Assembly (NCBI GenBank): GCA_031835245.2
Contig: JAVKOQ020000025.1
Span: 124,001 to 188,000 of the forward strand
Length of the DNA stretch: 64,000 nucleotides
Reading direction: 5' to 3'
From: Balamuthia mandrillaris
Lineage: Eukaryota
Shown here: one piece after another, positions 61,359 to 64,000 of the stretch
How the letters are laid out: each line of letters starts with the position of its first letter
Numbering within the stretch: the stretch's first letter is position 1
Translations under genes and position numbers: made by a program
The notes under the pieces: model-generated
The model's database searches: none
What the model was told of the DNA's origin: nothing
What the model saw: only the letters and a program-made list of their open reading frames with translations

Positions 61359-63586
61359 CTTCAGTTGTCCTTATCCCTCATCTCCGCCTTTTTTTCCGGG
61401 GGGTCATCCAACAGAGTTCCCATTTCCTCTTCGAGAGAAAGGTTATCTGGACATCATCAACCGCTGCTTCTCCAAAGACTCGGTGGCTGAGATCATTACG
61501 GCTCTCTCTCAGGAGTTCGATCCATGGGCCCGCAAACAGGCCGAACTTTTGCGTAGCAGCTCCCCTCTCTCCCTCTGCCTCACTTTCCGTGCCTTTCGAG
61601 AGGGCGCCCAAAACTTCCGCGAGCAGAGCTTCCGCAACGACTTTCGCATTGCATCGCGCCTGCTGGAAGGCAAAGGAGATCTCATGGAGGGCATCGAGGC
61701 TCGCCTCGTACAAAACCGAGAGCCCAAATGGAAGCACAAGTCGGTGGAGGATGTTACAGAGAGCGAGGTTAACGAGTTCTTCCAACCTTTGGACCCTTCC
61801 GAAGAGCTTTACTTGGTTCATCGCGAACATCTTCAACTGGACCGACAAGTCGAGCAGATGATAGAACAAATGCAGCAGGAACAGTATTACCTCAACGTAA
61901 AATTAGGAAAGGATGCTCTCAAAGAGCAAGAAGCGGAGCAGAAACGGTTGTTGCACAACTTTCCCACGACAGCGGGACTCTCTCCTGAAGCAACTGAAAA
62001 GTTCCGACAACTGCTGGAAGAGGAAAAGCAGAAACATGCCTCTCTTCTCTCCTCTCATGCTAAGCAAGGAGCAACATCATCATCGTCTTCGTCCTCTTCA
62101 ATTGCCAATCGCGTTTGGGCCACGCTGGACGTGAATCGGATATTGTTACAGCTCAAGCCTTACTTCGAGCAGATGACACCAACGCAACGAGCCAACGCCG
62201 AGATACATGCTGAAGAGCTGCTGCAAACAGTTACGGGAGGCGCCCAGCCGCCTTTGGATATGCACAAGGTGAAGCAGATCACAGAGGGGCAAGTCTCGCC
62301 GCTCAACCCCGTATTACGTCCTTTAACCGATGAGGAGATGTTTGGTGAAGGACCGGAGCAGGAACAGAGAAACAAGGCCAGCAGCAGCAGCTTCAAGTTT
62401 TTGAGCGACACAAGAGATAACCTTTACTTTGAGGTGGACCCTAGTCGCCAGAACAACTTGTACTCAACCAAGTTGCCATTTGTCTCTCCTGATCAGTCCA
62501 TGCAAGCTGAAGGTTCGTTCTTTCTCCTCTCCTTTCCTCTGTGCTATCTAAATTATACTAATTTTGCGTGTAAACAACAAAAGAGGAGTTGCATGATCAT
62601 GCCTCTCGCTACAACTATATGTCAACGGAAGATATTATCAAGCACCATGGAAAACCACTACCAAAAGGTTTGGGTTTTTTTTTGCTCATCCCTTCCATTT
62701 CTTCCTTCACTTTGTTCTCCCTTTTTTTCTCTTCTCGCCCTATTCTTTCTCTGAGAAGCTCAGTTCTTGCCTCTTGCGTTTCACAACTAAACCACAAACA
62801 GGACGACAAAGAGAGGAGGTGGAAGAACAAAACTTTTGGGAAGGCGAGATCGAGTTTGGGGAGAGCGACAGCTACCACTCCCCCAAGCAATTCATGGACG
62901 GGTTCAACGCTTACCTCAACAAGCTGCCTCGCTTCTCACCTGACATCGAGGATATGCCACAGGACCTCGCCGCCAACTACGCCCGCGTTGCCGAATCTGC
63001 CAAACGCGAGTTCCTCCTCACCCAATTAGAGGACGGTCGTCTCCCCGACGCAGTTGAATACCTCCGCAATGAACACGGCTTCGACTTTGAGAAGTTCAAG
63101 CAGGAGCGCATGGCGGCCCGCCTGCAGGAGAGGAGGCGCACTCTGGAGCCCCCCTTGCTCCACGACGAGGAGGACCCCATGTACCACGAAGGGGAGGAGC
63201 CGACGGAGGAGGAGCTAGTGGCCCGCGCCGCGACAATCGAGGAGCAGGAAACCCTCAGCGAGTACGACACGGTGCTCTACGATCCTTGGACTGGAGACCT
63301 GCCGGCCATGCCGGCAGGTATTCCCACGCGGGAATTCCCAGAACTGCTGGACCAGGCGACTGAGGTGGACCAGTTCCAACCTGCCGACTATTTCTTCTTG
63401 AACGACGAGGAGAAGCTGGAGGCCTCTTCCTTTAGAACGAAGGAGGAGAGTGAGGAGGAAGAAGAAGGAGGAGGAGAGGATGGAGCGGACAAGCTGACGC
63501 GTGAAAGCGGAGACGAAGGCAAGGCAACGAGTGTGCACTCGCATTCTTCCAAATATGCTACTGAATCCTCGCAACTGGACTGGTGA
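59416..63586 (+). CDS. 3-hydroxyisobutyryl-CoA hydrolase-like (ECH_2) mitochondrial protein with long extensions, possibly mitoribosomal mS47 (start tentative)
   Basis: NFSAGTDF, MNGISMGSGAAL, FALPEVRFGFVPDCGASWF, GLYLALTGKRL, IATHVVPS, SPLSLCLTF, DLMEGIEARLV..REPKW. Transit-like RGYAS near the N-terminus and several hundred extra C-terminal residues. Confidence 0.85.
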
Positions 63587-63695
63587 GCTTCGTCGACCCG
63601 TCCGTGCACACTCCTGATAGAAATAAATTTAGCACTTTTTTTTCCCAAGAAAAAAAAAATTATCACGAGAGAGAGAAGAGAGAAGAGAGAGTAGC

Positions 63696-63739
<44 letters not shown>

Positions 63740-63814
63740 AATAAACTTAGAAAAAAAAGGAAATGAGAAAAAAAAGAAGAAAAAAAGTGAAAAAATAACA
63801 GGAAATAAAAAGAA

Positions 63815-63886
63815 CTCCCCCGCCGGGAATCGAACCCGGGTTGTCCGCGTGACAGGCGGAAGTGCTGCCGACTACACCACAGGGGA
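63815..63886 (-). tRNA. tRNA-Asp (GTC)
   Basis: TCCCCTGTGGTGTAGTCGGCAGCACTTCCGCCTGTCACGCGGACAACCCGGGTTCGATTCCCGGCGGGGGAG folds into a cloverleaf with anticodon GTC and T-loop TTCGATT, followed by a T-run Pol III terminator. Confidence 0.95.
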
Positions 63887-64000
63887 AGTAGCTTGCCAAA
63901 AGAAGAATTATTCGAGACGACATTATTTTAAAGATTTGCCCAAATTTTTTCGTGGAAATATTTTGTGAAGCAGATTTTTTTTTTATTTTAAAGATGTGGG

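Overview
Gene-dense eukaryotic nuclear DNA, not prokaryotic. It holds about 26 mostly intron-containing protein genes on both strands with very short intergenic spacers, GT-AG introns filled with pyrimidine microsatellites, and one tRNA-Asp(GTC). Gene content (RegA-like PDE, Spg1, LISK-type TKL kinase, Zn2Cys6 factor, giant-virus-style ankyrin repeats) and style suggest a free-living amoebozoan such as Balamuthia or Acanthamoeba; this is inference only. Confident housekeeping calls are Spg1/Tem1 GTPase, ALKBH6, an RSRC2/SMAP protein, DPYD, a class-3 lipase, an alpha/beta hydrolase, a TKL kinase, a TRIC channel and a HIBCH-like protein. The most unusual items are: (1) a 165-aa histone H3 variant that keeps K4/K9/K18/K56 but lacks K14, K23, K27, K36, K64 and K79 and has a 29-aa tail insertion; (2) a TET/JBP-like dioxygenase with HxN instead of HxD; (3) a CpG-centred palindrome TGTCGACA seen 15 times, only in intergenic DNA, often about 37 bp from a CRE-like TGACGTCA; (4) an uncharacterised AlkB-fold oxygenase head-to-head with DPYD across a phased triple repeat; (5) a disrupted Crinkler-type NTPase-REase gene. 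All exon joins and motif counts were made by eye, and no database search was possible.
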